From the human T2T-CHM13v2.0 reference genome, Homo sapiens, in the NCBI RefSeq assembly GCF_009914755.1, contig NC_060936.1: a DNA stretch of 64,000 nt. The stretch is one strand, 5' to 3'. Below, one piece after another: positions 1 to 12,345 of this stretch. Both the position numbers and the translations under genes were made by a program. The notes beneath the pieces are model-generated. The model was given only the letters and a program-made list of their open reading frames with translations, ran no database searches and had not been told where the DNA came from. Positions within the stretch are counted from its first letter, which is position 1. The number at the start of each line of letters is the position of its first letter.

Positions 1-429
1 ATAGAAATAATAGAACCCTGGGGAATGGCTTGATAGGTCTACATCAACATGTGAATCATACAGGGGGAAAATTCCAGTGAGAGGAGAGGTAAAATGTAGA
101 TTCAGTGTGACCTAAGAATGTGTGCTGAGATAGGGTAGATTTGAGAGTACATGAAGAGTATAAAACTTTTGGAAAGGAAGTAATAACTTAAAGAGTAGTT
201 TTTGACATGTACTATGTGATTTAATTTCATTTTGTGTCTTCTGCAAGAAATAATCAGTAAAAGATTGCATTATTTTTAAGATGTCTTGGAAATGGATGTC
301 TAGAACTTTTAGATGAGATGGTGGGCTGAGATGGGTCTTAATGCAGGAGAATGTCAGCATTTTGTTGTGCTTACACAGCTTTCCATAACTCATTTATAAA
401 CCTGACTCCTTTCTGGTCTGCCTCTTACA

Positions 430-731
430 ACTTTGTATGCCTTCCACCTTCCCAATTTATCTCTTTGACTCTCAGGTGCCTTCCCCTCTTACCTCAAGTA
501 TCCAGGGAAAAGATTAAATGAAAATCACACCACCAACTTTCAGCCATTCTTACCTCCTAAATATTTCTGTTTCTGAAATATGTGGTTTCAACACATGCAA
601 CCTGTTTTCTTTTACTCTTGTGTTTATATTAACTCTATAAGTCCTAAAGACCAATTTTAATTATTAGTATTTTGTAGCATTTGATACCATCTACTTTCTC
701 ATGTTCTTGAAATTCATCCAGCATTTGGCAC
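430..731 (+). mobile_element. L2 LINE relic (cut on the right by the LTR1 insertion)
   Basis: Degenerate L2-like tract 'gcatttgataccatctactttctcatgttcttgaaa'; boundaries approximate. Confidence 0.45.
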
Positions 732-1519
732 TGATACGGGAGGCGGGCAGGGAAGTGCTGGGTAGAGAAGGGTGGGGTACCTGGTGAGGGCTCCACCCTC
801 AGGCCTGTGTCCATGGATTTAAATGAGGACAGGAATTTCTGTTTTCGTGCCCCAAAAGTTGTCTTTTGGCCCACCACCCCCCACCCCCCAACCTTGTGCT
901 CATAAAAACCTGGGGCACAGACCCAAGTGGCTGGATATCAGTAGAAGCAGAAGAAGACACTGACAGACACCAGCAGACAGTGGCAGGCCAGAGATGGTGG
1001 AGTGACGTGGATGCCAAGGAAACTTTGGCCAGGGGCAGTTGGAGGGGAGTCTGGCTGCTGGGCAGCCCAACTCCAGGGAAGACCACCTTCCCTTTCCATC
1101 CCCTTTCTGGCTCCCCATCCATCTTGCTAAGAGCTACCTCCACCATTCCATAAAACTTTGCGCTCATCCTCCAAACCCACGTCTGATCCGATGCTTCTGG
1201 TACACTAGGGCAAGAACCCAGGATACAGAAAGCCCTCTGTCCTTGTGATAAGGCAGAGGGTCTATCTGAGCTGATTAACACAAGCCACCTGCAGATGGCA
1301 AAACTGAAAGAGCACACTGTAACACACACCCACTAGGGCTTCAGGAGCTATAAACACTCAACCCTAGATGCTGCCATGGGGTGGGAGTCCAGAAATGCTC
1401 CCCAGGACCTGCCCGTCTGCATGCTTCCTTTATGGGTTTGAGCAGTGGGGCACTGAAGAAGCAAACCACACCCATGTTGCATGCCCTGAGAAGGGGATAA
1501 TGGGAACTCTCCCATTTCA
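732..1519 (+). mobile_element. ERV1 solo LTR, LTR1 family (HUERS-P2-type)
   Basis: Starts TGATACGGGAGGCGGGCAGGGAAGTGCTGGGTAGAG and ends ...CTCCCATTTCA (TG..CA termini). Near-perfect 4-bp TSD gcac (728-731)/gcat (1520-1523). GC-rich relative to the flanks. Confidence 0.8.
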
Positions 1520-1574
1520 GCATTTTGTGGTAAGATAATGGAGAATTTCTTCTTTTGTTTTTGCTTATCTAACA

Positions 1575-1755
1575 GATGTCAGGTTTCATATCAAGCCTTT
1601 ACATGCACAACAATCCTGCAGATACCTCATTTCAGTGATGTTATAGAGAGAAAATGTTGGCATACAAGTGAGGTAAATTTGTCCAAGATTGCATGGTGCC
1701 TTTTGAAGTTTAATGTAGGCATTCTGTCTCTAGAGTATGCTCACTTAGGTACTCC
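1575..1755 (-). mobile_element. MIR SINE
   Basis: 'gaggtaaatttgtccaagattgcatgg...aggcattctgtctctagag' resembles the reverse MIR core. Confidence 0.55.
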
Positions 1756-1899
1756 ACTGAATATTTTATAACCAATGAGATTGATTATATTGCCACTAGT
1801 TTTCTTTGTACGACAAAGATCATATTCCTTTCATAAGTAAAATTAGGACATGATACACAACTTATCTGAAATGTACTTTACTATCCTTACCTCCAGCCT

Positions 1900-2360
1900 A
1901 CCTTAACCACTCTGCAGCCAAAACTAAACTTAGACATTGTTTTCGTTATTTTGTACTACCTGTTCCTCAAAGATGTCCACAAAGACCTCAGGGTCTTTGT
2001 TCTTACCCTTCTCTTTCTTGAATGCACTTCCCACATATACTATCTTCACATGAGTTGATCTCACTTTCTTTAGGCATCTTCTCAAAGGCCAGTTTGAAAG
2101 GCTTTCCTTGACCTCTCTGCCTAAATAGCAATCCTACCTATGATATGCTCTATCCTGTTACCTGTTTGATTTTATTTCGTGTCATTTTGTGGCACTTTTC
2201 ACTACCTAACACATTCCCTATTTATTTCTTTGTTCCTTGTTTTTCACCAACAGAATATAACTTATTTAAAATTGGAACTCTATTTTGTTCATAGTTTTAT
2301 CTCCATGCCAAGAACAATGCTTGCCTGAAGGAAATAAATCAATAAGTGTTTTGGCATGAA
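1900..2360 (+). mobile_element. L2 3' end relic
   Basis: 'ggctttccttgacc...agaacaatgcttgcctgaagg...atcaataagtgttt' follows the layout of the L2 3' end. Confidence 0.55.
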
Positions 2361-2407
2361 CCCAAGAATTAAACTAGCTTTATTGCATTAAATATGTTTC
2401 TCCCGCC

Positions 2408-2658
2408 TTTTAATAAAAATTTTAAATTGTGGGCCACATGTGCAGGATGCACAGGTTTGTTACACAGGTAAACGTGTGCCACGGTGGTTTGCTGCACCTG
2501 TTAACCCATCACCTGGGTATTATGTCCAGAATGCATTAGCTGTTTTTCCTGATGCTCTCCCCCACCCCTCCTCCCCTGCCAACAGGCCCCAGTGTGTGTT
2601 GTTCCCCTCCCTGTATCCATGTGTTCTCATTGTTCGCCTTCTACTTGTAAGTGGGAAT
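2408..2658 (-). mobile_element. L1PA 3' UTR fragment (about L1PA8-10)
   Basis: 'caggtttgttacacaggtaaacgtgtgccacggtggtttgctgcacc...aacaggccccagtgtgtgttgttcccctccctg'. Confidence 0.85.
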
Positions 2659-3503
2659 GACTAGTTTTTAAAACCAGATCAAGATCAAATGAATCTTTTC
2701 TAAGACACCATTTCTTCCACTAGGAAGACTTAATTGCTCCATCTTTACAGTTAATATTACACTTCGTAGTTAAGTGTATTTCAGCATATTGCTTAAAAAG
2801 TGTTTTTATTTTGCATTGTGTTTATGTTTTTTTCCATCCTTGACTAGAATATAAAATATTAAAGTCATGAATTTTGAGTAGCTAAAAAAATACTTGAATG
2901 GTTGAAACAATTATTCAATGAAGTACAAATTAAAAACAAGTACTAGATAAAAAGAAAGAGAAAAATAGTTTTTTTCTCATTGAAAATATTCAAGGTACTT
3001 TCCCTCTGGGTAGTCAGTTACATTTATAACACATATTCTTACACTGTTACATCTTTAAATACAGAAATACAAAGAGGCTCTGGGGTTTGAGCTTGGCCCT
3101 AACTTGACAAGTGTCAGGTCAATTCATTTTAGAATATAGGGAGATCACGGTACAGAATACACCTTCCTTAAAATATCTCTATTGAAAATAGAAAAGAATA
3201 AGACTATCCTTCCAGATCTGATTGGAATATTTTAGAACTTTAACAATTTAATCTGGAGTTTGAAATTAGATTTTTTTCCTAAATCGTTAAATTGTTCAGG
3301 AAAGCACCTTCTGAAAGATTTTAAATAACATAATTGCCTGACAATTACTTTGAACACACTGAACAATCTTCTTTCACTAAGAAGAAACTGAGCTCTTAAA
3401 AAAAAACAAACAAAAAAAACAGTCACTTAGCTGTAGCACACTGGAATAACAGTCCAAAAACTTAATAGCTGGAGTTTCTTTCTGTCTCGCCAAATGAAAG
3501 TAA

Positions 3504-3989
<486 letters not shown>

Positions 3990-4749
3990 TTACTTCTTTC
4001 TATTCTATAACTCTTAAATTATTTCTAAACTCACATAGATGTCTCCCTAAACCCCTGCCCCTAACATTTCCGTTGGATAGTTTTAGAGCTCTATCTATGG
4101 TCCCTGGGTCCCTGCTGGCACCTTAATATTACTCAGATTTTCACTTATTTTTCTAAAATGGCAAGTCCAGCTCAGCCCATGGGCTGTCATTGCTATGACA
4201 ATTAGTGTTTTTCATTGTCTTCTCTTTGTAGCAATTGGTATTTATTCTCTGACTTGGGTGTAGAAATCAGTATCAGTGCTTTATACATCTGTCACAGTGT
4301 TTGGAGCAATTGCCTTCATAAACACTGTATTTTGCACTAAACACTAAATTTTAATTTTTAGAGACAACCACCTTTTAATCTTTATCTGTCATATGGAAAT
4401 TGAATTTGACTTCTACTATCATTGAAAATTGTACTTTTGTGGCTCAAGTTCTTTCCCGCTGTCAGACTAAAAAGAAACATTGTCAGAATTAGTTCTTGCT
4501 GGTCTTTCATTTTGTAAGCTTCCAGTAAGTAAATGGGGTCATACTTAAAACTAGGTCACTTATTTTCAACTTTAGAATTTTGTTATCTAATTTATATGAT
4601 GATTCAAATTTAAAATAATCTATAGAATTACAAAAACATAATAAATTAGTTGTATTCTTTGCAGCTGTTGTCATTTAATTGAATGAACTTTTCACTTAAA
4701 AAAAGTATTTTTCTGATGTCATGATATTAGAAGTATAAACAACAATAAT

Positions 4750-4940
4750 AATTGATAACATTTGTCCATAATCTTATGCTTTACATGCATTATCTTAATT
4801 TTTTAACAACTACTATAACATAGGCTCTATTGTCCATATTTTATAGAAAATACATCTTTAGATTTATGGAGATTATATAATTTGCTCATGCTCATACATT
4901 TAGTAAGTGTTAGATTATAACTGAGAATTCATTCTATATT
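4750..4940 (-). mobile_element. MIR SINE (degenerate)
   Basis: 'gctttacatgcattatcttaatttttaacaactac...ccatattttatagaaaa...aatttgctcatgctcatacatttagtaagtg'. Confidence 0.5.
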
Positions 4941-5934
4941 AGGCTTTGTTATATTTACTAATAAATTGTAACTTCAAATGATATGCTAAATTATAATTTC
5001 AGGTGTATTTGAAACAATTACACTATAATAAATGATTATAAACAGATACAGAAGAATTTGACAGGCCTATCTCAAAGAGAGAATTGAGATTATTTAATCA
5101 TTTAATCTACCAAAATCATAAAATTTCATTGAAGACTTAAAAAATTGAGACTATATTGAAAGTGTGAACCTTTCTTATAAACTTACATTAAAAATTATAC
5201 ATATTATGTATATTTTCTAAGACAATATTATTTTTTAATTATAAAGAGTTTTATGAAATGACTCTTCTAATTTCAGTCATTGATAATATTTAAATACAGG
5301 TAGTTGACAGAGTAACCTGTGTCCATCTTCATATTAAATAATCTTAATTATTTTAACTCAACAGCTCTTGAATATCCTGTTTAAGGATCAATGCCAGTAC
5401 TATAAGTTTAATTTTACCATGTACAGGAAAACAATATATATGGGAACCAACTTGAATATATTCTGAGAAATGAATAAATGATTTGGGTAAAATATTTTAT
5501 TAGTATTTAAATGTATATTCAATACTAAAGAGCATAAGACTATAATACATAAATAATTAAACTTGGAGGTTCTTTTAGGATATTTCAGCATACAAAAATA
5601 TAAAAGAGGCATACTTACTGTATAACAGGTAAGAGGAGTTTATTTTACAGGTTCGTCAGTAAGGAAAAGGAACATGTCTCAGCAGGTTTTGGGGAGAACT
5701 TCAATATGAGTCACGGTTCAGGATAGTTCTAGAGACTTGATTCCCTTTGGACGACCCATTTTCTTCTAAAAAGTAGGCTTCCGTTGTTCCATACAAGACC
5801 TCTGCCACTGTGGACAGTCAGCTAAGCTTCTGTCTGTTTTGGCTTTTACTGTTAGTGCTCTACAGGCTAAATGTCCCTACTCTCTTTTGTTGTGTCCATG
5901 GCTTTGGCTGACTCATGGCTTCTCCTCATTCAGG

Positions 5935-6160
5935 ACCTGCTCAACGGTGCTACCGTTGGCATTTGGGGCCAAATAACTCTTTTTTGTAGGGGGCTGTCCT
6001 GTGCATTGCAGGATGTTTAGCAAGATCCTTACTTCTGGCACTTGATGGCAGAAATGTCCCCAAGTTGTCACAACCAAACATGTCTCCAGACATTGCTCAA
6101 TGTTCCCTGGGTCGGGGAGGGTGGGTAGGCAAAATTTTAAGTGATTTAAATCATTGACTT
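5935..6160 (+). mobile_element. MER20 hAT-Charlie DNA transposon
   Basis: 'ggcatttggggccaaataactcttttttgtagggggctgtcctgtgcattgcaggatgtttagca...atgtctccagacattg'. Confidence 0.85.
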
Positions 6161-6487
6161 ACACTTAAATTTCTCCCTATGAATTAGATCCCCACCTCAC
6201 AGTTACTCACCTGAGATGTACTGTCCCCATCTCACAGTTAAACTCACCTTTACAGAGAGCTTCCCAGAAGGTAGCAGTATGCCCAGCCAATATCTTACAT
6301 GGCCTTTCCATTAGAGTTAAGTAATATCTTCGCCTTTAAGCCCTTAAGGGTTGCTAAATAAACCAAATTAGAAACACAATTTCCTTTTTATTTTGTTATT
6401 GTTTATAAGAATTTATTCTGTAATCTCTATACCATTTCTGTAAGTATATACCTACAGACATTATATTTGCTTATTTATATTCCAGAA

Positions 6488-6630
6488 TGCCTGGGTTCAA
6501 GTTCAGATTGGTACTTACTAGTTTTGTGACTTTAAGCAGTTTACTTAACCCAACTAGGCTTTAGTTTTCTTAAGTGGGGATAAAATAACACCACACTTGT
6601 AGGATTTTTAGAATGGTTAATTAACGTTTA
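6488..6630 (+). mobile_element. MIR SINE
   Basis: 'cctgggttcaagttc...acttactagttttgtgactttaagcagtttacttaacc...tggggataaaataac'. Confidence 0.7.
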
Positions 6631-6714
6631 TTAAAAATATGTTTAATGTCTGTTAAATACATAATCAAAATAATGATATCTATTACCCCCAAAACTTTTC
6701 TCATATATCAATAT

Positions 6715-7015
6715 ATTGACTGTGGTGATGGTTTCATGGGTTTACACGTCTCAAATTTACCACATTGTACATTTTAAATATGTGCAGTTTGTTGTATGTC
6801 GATTATACCTCACTAGGAGTAAAAAAATTGTATCTATTATGTCAATAATATATATATATATTTGTAATGATATTTACCTAATGATAAAAATAGTTATTTC
6901 TGGATTGTGGTAGTTTGTGTCATTTGTTTGTGGCTTAACTAAGTTTTGTTGTGTTTAATTTAAAAACTGTTATTCTTTACTGCATTGTTTAAAATTTTTA
7001 TAATGAATAGATAAA
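6715..7015 (+). mobile_element. Old L1M (L1MC/L1ME-type) 3' end fragments
   Basis: 'ttgactgtggtgatggtttcatgggt...ttgtacattttaaatatgtgcagtttgttgtatgtcgattatacctca'. Confidence 0.65.
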
Positions 7016-8608
7016 ATAAACATGAACCATTTATCTTAATTTCTTAGGGGGAAGTATTTTGAATATAATAATGTATTTAATATTAATTTCTAATTCTTTA
7101 TACTTTGTCACTCTTCCTTATGCAGGCTTCTCATTTAATATTTCTCATCCAAATCTCTAAGTGCTTTTCTTCTAATGTTTTACATTTGACAGATTCACAT
7201 CTCAGAAAGGCGACTTACTTCTTACTTTTCCATTTCTTAGTATGGCTATGAAAACTCATTCCATAATTTTCTCATGTTTTGTATTTCTTTCCTGTATTTG
7301 GAAATAATTTGCATAGTAAATGAACACTTCCTTATATTTAACTTAATAGCAAGCTACAATTTAAGTTAATTCTTGCTTCCTGTCTACAGAAAACAACGGC
7401 TGCTAACCAATTTTGGCTTAGCAGTTTTTCACATACAGGAAGTGTTAAATTCTCTTTGCTCCTCTGCATCAGATTAATTTTGTTTCTTTTATAGCATAGT
7501 GGCTTTTATTTTTGTTTCCACAAACTATAAGTAATCATGATGTTCTTCGCTTAACTGCCTCTGAGTAGGCCAAATTTTGTTAATTTCTGCAGTGTAACGG
7601 CAAGAACCTCCCTCTCTTTCTTCCGCTGATACACACAAAGTCCTCCTTTCATGCCTGAAGCTATGGGAAATTTAAAGATTTAAAAAATCAGATTATTGAC
7701 TATAGCACAAAACTTCTCACCCATAATGATATGGCTAGCATTGCCTTATACACATCATTATTTTAATCAGTGCCTATGTTAAACACTCCCTTTTTAAAAT
7801 TAATTTTTGTTATAAAAATATATTCAGTTTTGAATACATAAATTGCAAACATTTAGAAACTACATGTAATTATTATTTTATTTTATTTTATGTTTCTCCC
7901 TTCTATTGGCAATAACAGTGGTTGTGCCAATGACTGCTTTTATATGGACACGGGATGGAGGAAGCAAAGGTGCTACTGATTACAATAGTCTTCTCTTTGT
8001 TTATGAAGTAAGCAAGCACAGCACCGCTTTAAATTTCCATTTTCTTTTGACTTGGGAATAGCTTGGAACCAGTATGTCTCTATCTCATTTGACACATTTA
8101 TATTTTTATTCAAAAACCTACTATTTGATTGGCTATTCTTTTCAACACTATCCCCAGACCATTGTGGTATCATTTTGGTTCTCTATTAATTCTGTTTCAT
8201 TTCATTACCTCAATTTCTTCCTCAACATTTGGTTCTTTCTCTGTCATTTTCCAGCTGTGTTCCTCCTATCACCTTTTAAATGTGATGGTCAAATTCTCAC
8301 CCTGGTTTTCAAAACATGCCAAGATCTAATATGTGGCGACTGCCTCTGACATGGATTATGTGTTCCACTCAGATGACTTGTCATGGAAAAGTGGACATGC
8401 CACATCATTCATCATATCAGATATATATTTTGTGGTTTTTTTTTTTTTTTTCATTTCATGTTTGGATGCCTACCTTGTCCTTGAACACTTTGTGAAACCT
8501 ATTTTTTCTTTGAGGCTCATTTCATGTCCTATTCCCTCTGAGGACACATTTGTTCACTTCCTAGTCTGATTATCTTTAAAATTAAAGTCTTAGAATTTCC
8601 AGGCGTAA

Positions 8609-8710
8609 GGAATTTCAGAGATCATGTAGTCCAATACCTTAGATAATCTAAGGAAATTCGGAATTTTGGAGATCATGTAGTTTAATACCTTAGAAAATTT
8701 AAGGAAATTT
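8609..8710. repeat. 51-bp tandem duplication (2 copies)
   Basis: 8609-8659 versus 8660-8710, 7 mismatches by manual comparison. Confidence 0.85.
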
Positions 8711-9002
8711 ATCAGTGTCAAAGAACTAGGTACTGCAGAGCTGACTAACAGCTTCAAATTTTATATAATAGGAAGTGCTCTTTTATTTTTCCCCCAATAA
8801 CATGTTGTTTTGTTTTGCCATTAAATCACATCTTATTTTCTTGTATTACTTTATTGTTTCATTGCATGAGTCTTGTTTCCCAATTTGGTAGAGGGTTCTT
8901 AAAATTTAGGTTCATACTTTGCATATCCTCCAAGTGCCTAGACCATCCAAGCCACAGACTGTTGTATGTGTGTGCGCTCTCCCTCTGCTCTCTTTCTATC
9001 TC

Positions 9003-9013
9003 CCTCTCTCTCT

Positions 9014-9065
<52 letters not shown>
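9003..9065. repeat. Compound (CT)n(CA)23 microsatellite
   Basis: Read directly from the sequence. Confidence 0.98.
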
Positions 9066-9067
<2 letters not shown>

Positions 9068-9609
9068 ACCAGTCATAGATTTACCAGATGTCTGTTTTTA
9101 AGAGCTTTAATCATCAAGTCTTTGTATGTCCAATATAGACTCCGTTAAGGCATCTTGTGATCCTGTACGTGTATTTAGTTTTGTCCAATATTAGATTATA
9201 AAAATGCACTGGATGAATCTCTGACTCCCTTCTACGTCTGCCACCCTAAATTATTATTAATCAGGTTCATCAGCTTCTTTTCTTTTTCTTTCCTTTGTGG
9301 TAGGAAAAAGCTGATACCTGTATGTGACAAGTACTCTCACAACTCCTCCACTGAAACAAATTTCCTTAAGAGGCAAAAAAAGGCCGGAGCTCAGTGTAAA
9401 CGAAGCTTTGTACATGTGTTTTAGGAATTGCCTCTTTTTTCCTCTGGTCATTGCATGTGTCTTGTTTGTTTAGGCTTATTCATTTTGTGAAATTATGAAA
9501 AAGTAATTACTATTTTCATTAGAAGACGTATATCTTTGTAGATTCATGTAGCATTTTGCCTCTATTCTAATAGTTTCACCACAAGTAAAGAACTAAATCT
9601 GTAAGACAA

Positions 9610-9613
<4 letters not shown>

Positions 9614-9650
<37 letters not shown>
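9614..9650. repeat. (TG)18 microsatellite
   Basis: Read directly from the sequence. Confidence 0.98.
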
Positions 9651-9651
<1 letters not shown>

Positions 9652-10689
9652 TGGGGGGAGGTTGGGAAGCAGCTGCTATTAGGATAGTTGTATGTGGAAA
9701 CCACAAAACTGAGTCATAAAATACACTGCATGAAGAGAGAACAGGTTTGAACATAAGGAAGTCTTACAGTGAATTACCCTTTCACAAGGAAGCAGTCCCT
9801 CTGGAACATCAAGTTAGTAATCTAAACTATATTTTACTATTAAAACTACTCATGCTTGCAATAAGTTGTCCTAGTCCTTAATTAAATCATAAAATCACTG
9901 AAAAAACTAACTGACATCTTTATAAAATGGGGATTTAATTATAACTTTAATCTTGGCAATGCTGCTTGAAGCGAAACTTAAAACTATGACCATAAATGTG
10001 TATACTCAATAAAACGTAACCTTTCCACTTATTAGCAACATTTCCTTCACTTAAAAGTTTTCCTTTTCTTAGGCTGTTGGCACATTTGACCGCTCTCCAC
10101 TTTATGAGTCCTTGGAGAAATACATAGTTCTTCAAATATGGAGACAAATTTGGAGACAACATTCAGAAGCGTCTCAAATGACTTATAACTTAAAACTTAG
10201 GCTTAATCATAATTTCCATTTGGGGAAATCAAAGAAATGTTAAGTAGCAGCATGATGCATTCCTTTTCACCTATAATTCAATTTATTTATATTTTTTAAA
10301 ATGAGACCTTAATGTTTATTACCTTTAGCAGAAATAAAAAGAAATCTTGCTTGTCTACTGCAATATCTTTTCACACTTAAGAAAACTCTCTGCTGGAAAT
10401 AGACTGCCTTAGAGAAAGTATGTCTGTCTTGTGCATTGACATGGCACATAGCAAAAGGCATCACCTGCCCTCACGAATGCTCATTACCTGGATATCATCT
10501 TTTACAGCAAGCCCTAGAAACAGTGCCTTCATAATGCAGCCTATCTTCGGCTTTTGTTCAAATTGGTGAAAGTAGGCTAACTTCTCTAGCAATACTCCTG
10601 AAACCATATCAGCTCTTGCTGAATATATTTTTCCCCACATAAACCAGTCAAGTGATCAACTGGACAGGCGACCTTCTTAACAGTCATTC

Positions 10690-10990
10690 GGGCTCCCAGG
10701 TGAATGCAGGTTCTCTCATCTTCAGCAGATTTCGATACCCTGTAAGCCACCATCTTGGTAGACTTGAAGTGAAGCATACATTGAGGAGAATGTGTAGTAG
10801 GTTTTCATAGTCCAATCTTGGTAGTAGCACATATCATTTCTGCTTCCTTTCTTTTGGCTAGAATTTAGTACATGGCCACACATAAGTAAAAGGGAGGCAA
10901 GAAAACATGATTTGGCTTGACCTTGTATCCAGAAAGAAGAGAGGCTCATGCATTTGGGTGATCAAGTGGTCATTTATGCAACACCTGTTC
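10690..10990 (-). mobile_element. Old MLT1 (J/K-like) MaLR LTR relic
   Basis: 'ttggctagaatttagtacatggccacacataagtaaaagggaggcaagaaaac' is a typical old-MLT1 block. Confidence 0.6.
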
Positions 10991-11928
10991 AGGCTCATTC
11001 AGTCTTTACTGGTGCAAGAAAGGAATATCTTACTTTTGGATAGCTCATTTCAAGAAACCTTGTGTCTTCTAAAAGGAAATCCAGCTGGGCCATTTCCAGT
11101 TTTCAATTCCAGAAAGATGATCAGATTTCTCCTAATGAAATCGGGACCACTGATATCAAGCACAGTATCTCCAAGTAGATACAACTTAGAGATTTTATAA
11201 CATTGGTAACCTTATTTTCTGTGTCTGGAAAAAGTCAACCATGTTTGTTTCTGTGTAAGCCTGTATTCTATCCAATCCATTACTGACAATTTTAGTGCTA
11301 GGTTGAAAAATTCAAGGTCTATAGAACTGGCTTGAGCTTTTGGGTTTCAAAATTTATCAGGTTTCCTAATAGAATATTTTTATTTACTTTTATTTTGGAA
11401 GAGTTAAAGTGAAAAACTACCAACTGTGTGACTCAGATGCAAAGGAATGACATTGGTGAAATTGGAGGCTTTGGATGATGTCACACAAATTCACACAAAT
11501 TCAGTTTCCCATTATTCAAAATGAACATTGCTTTTCTAGTAATGAGTTATGCCAAATTCATTTTCTTCCTATTTCTTTTTTGTCCATTGATTTACTCATT
11601 TTGGAAATAAAAGACTGCTAAAGTTAAAAAAAATAAAAGTTGCTTCTAGCAGGAGAAACCATCTAATCTAATATAATAATGTAATATAATATAATCTTGT
11701 GATGACTCCAATCAGTAAGAATTCTGAATTCTGCCTCTTCGCTATTGTTAGCAAAGGTAGCTTCTCCTGTTGGATTTTTGATGCCTCCTCTTGATGTAAT
11801 GCCTAATAATGATTCCCCAGCAGCTGGTATTCTCAATCTGGATCATTTTAGAAGGACTTTGAATCTTTGCTGAGCTTTCTTCTGGTAGCTACAACTGTGC
11901 AAACTCTTTTTTAAGGAAGTTTCTTCAG

Positions 11929-12035
11929 TAGGTGACCAACTGTCCTAGTTTGCTTGGGGCTCAAGGGTCTTCCAGGATACAGGAATTTCAGTGATAAACC
12001 AGGAAAATCCCAGGCAAACCAAGATGAGTTGGTTA
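11929..12035. mobile_element. MER81 hAT-Blackjack MITE
   Basis: 'taggtgaccaactgtcctagtttgcttggg...cccaggcaaaccaagatgagttggtta'; long terminal inverted repeats, about 110 bp. Confidence 0.8.
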
Positions 12036-12171
12036 TAATCTTATGGTTCTTTGGAGCAGCCAGGTAACAACAGCAGCACAAGATCCCATACTTCCTTGCT
12101 TTCCTCTCAACATCATTTTTACTTTCTGTGAAGTAGCAATTGGCAGTGCCAATTTACCTTTGGCTTAGTAG

Positions 12172-12345
12172 AAAGCATTTCTCCAATTGTGGTTACATGC
12201 AACCTGAAGCAAAGAGTGCTTTTTTAAATTCAAATCCTTGAGTTCTACCTCAGATCAACCCTCAAATCTCACAGATGGAACCTGCAAAACCACATTTCTA
12301 ATAAGTATTTTATAGGGATATCTGTATGCATTAAAGTTTGGGCTG
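12172..12345. mobile_element. MER5-type hAT-Charlie MITE (degenerate)
   Basis: 'aaatccttgagttctacctcagatc...cacatttctaataag...tgtatgcattaaagtttg'. Confidence 0.5.

Noticed and set aside
799-1329. Longest ORF (176 aa, minus strand)
   Set aside because: It lies entirely within the GC-rich LTR1, has a non-ATG start and has no recognisable domain.
8208-8265. Minus-strand coding-looking stretch (EEHSWKMTEKEPNVEEEIE) ending at GAG|GTAATG
   Set aside because: The acceptor has no pyrimidine tract, I recognise no homolog, and purine-rich composition explains the apparent codon pattern.
8815-9148. His-Thr and Cys-Val repeat ORFs
   Set aside because: They are translations of the (CA)n microsatellite.
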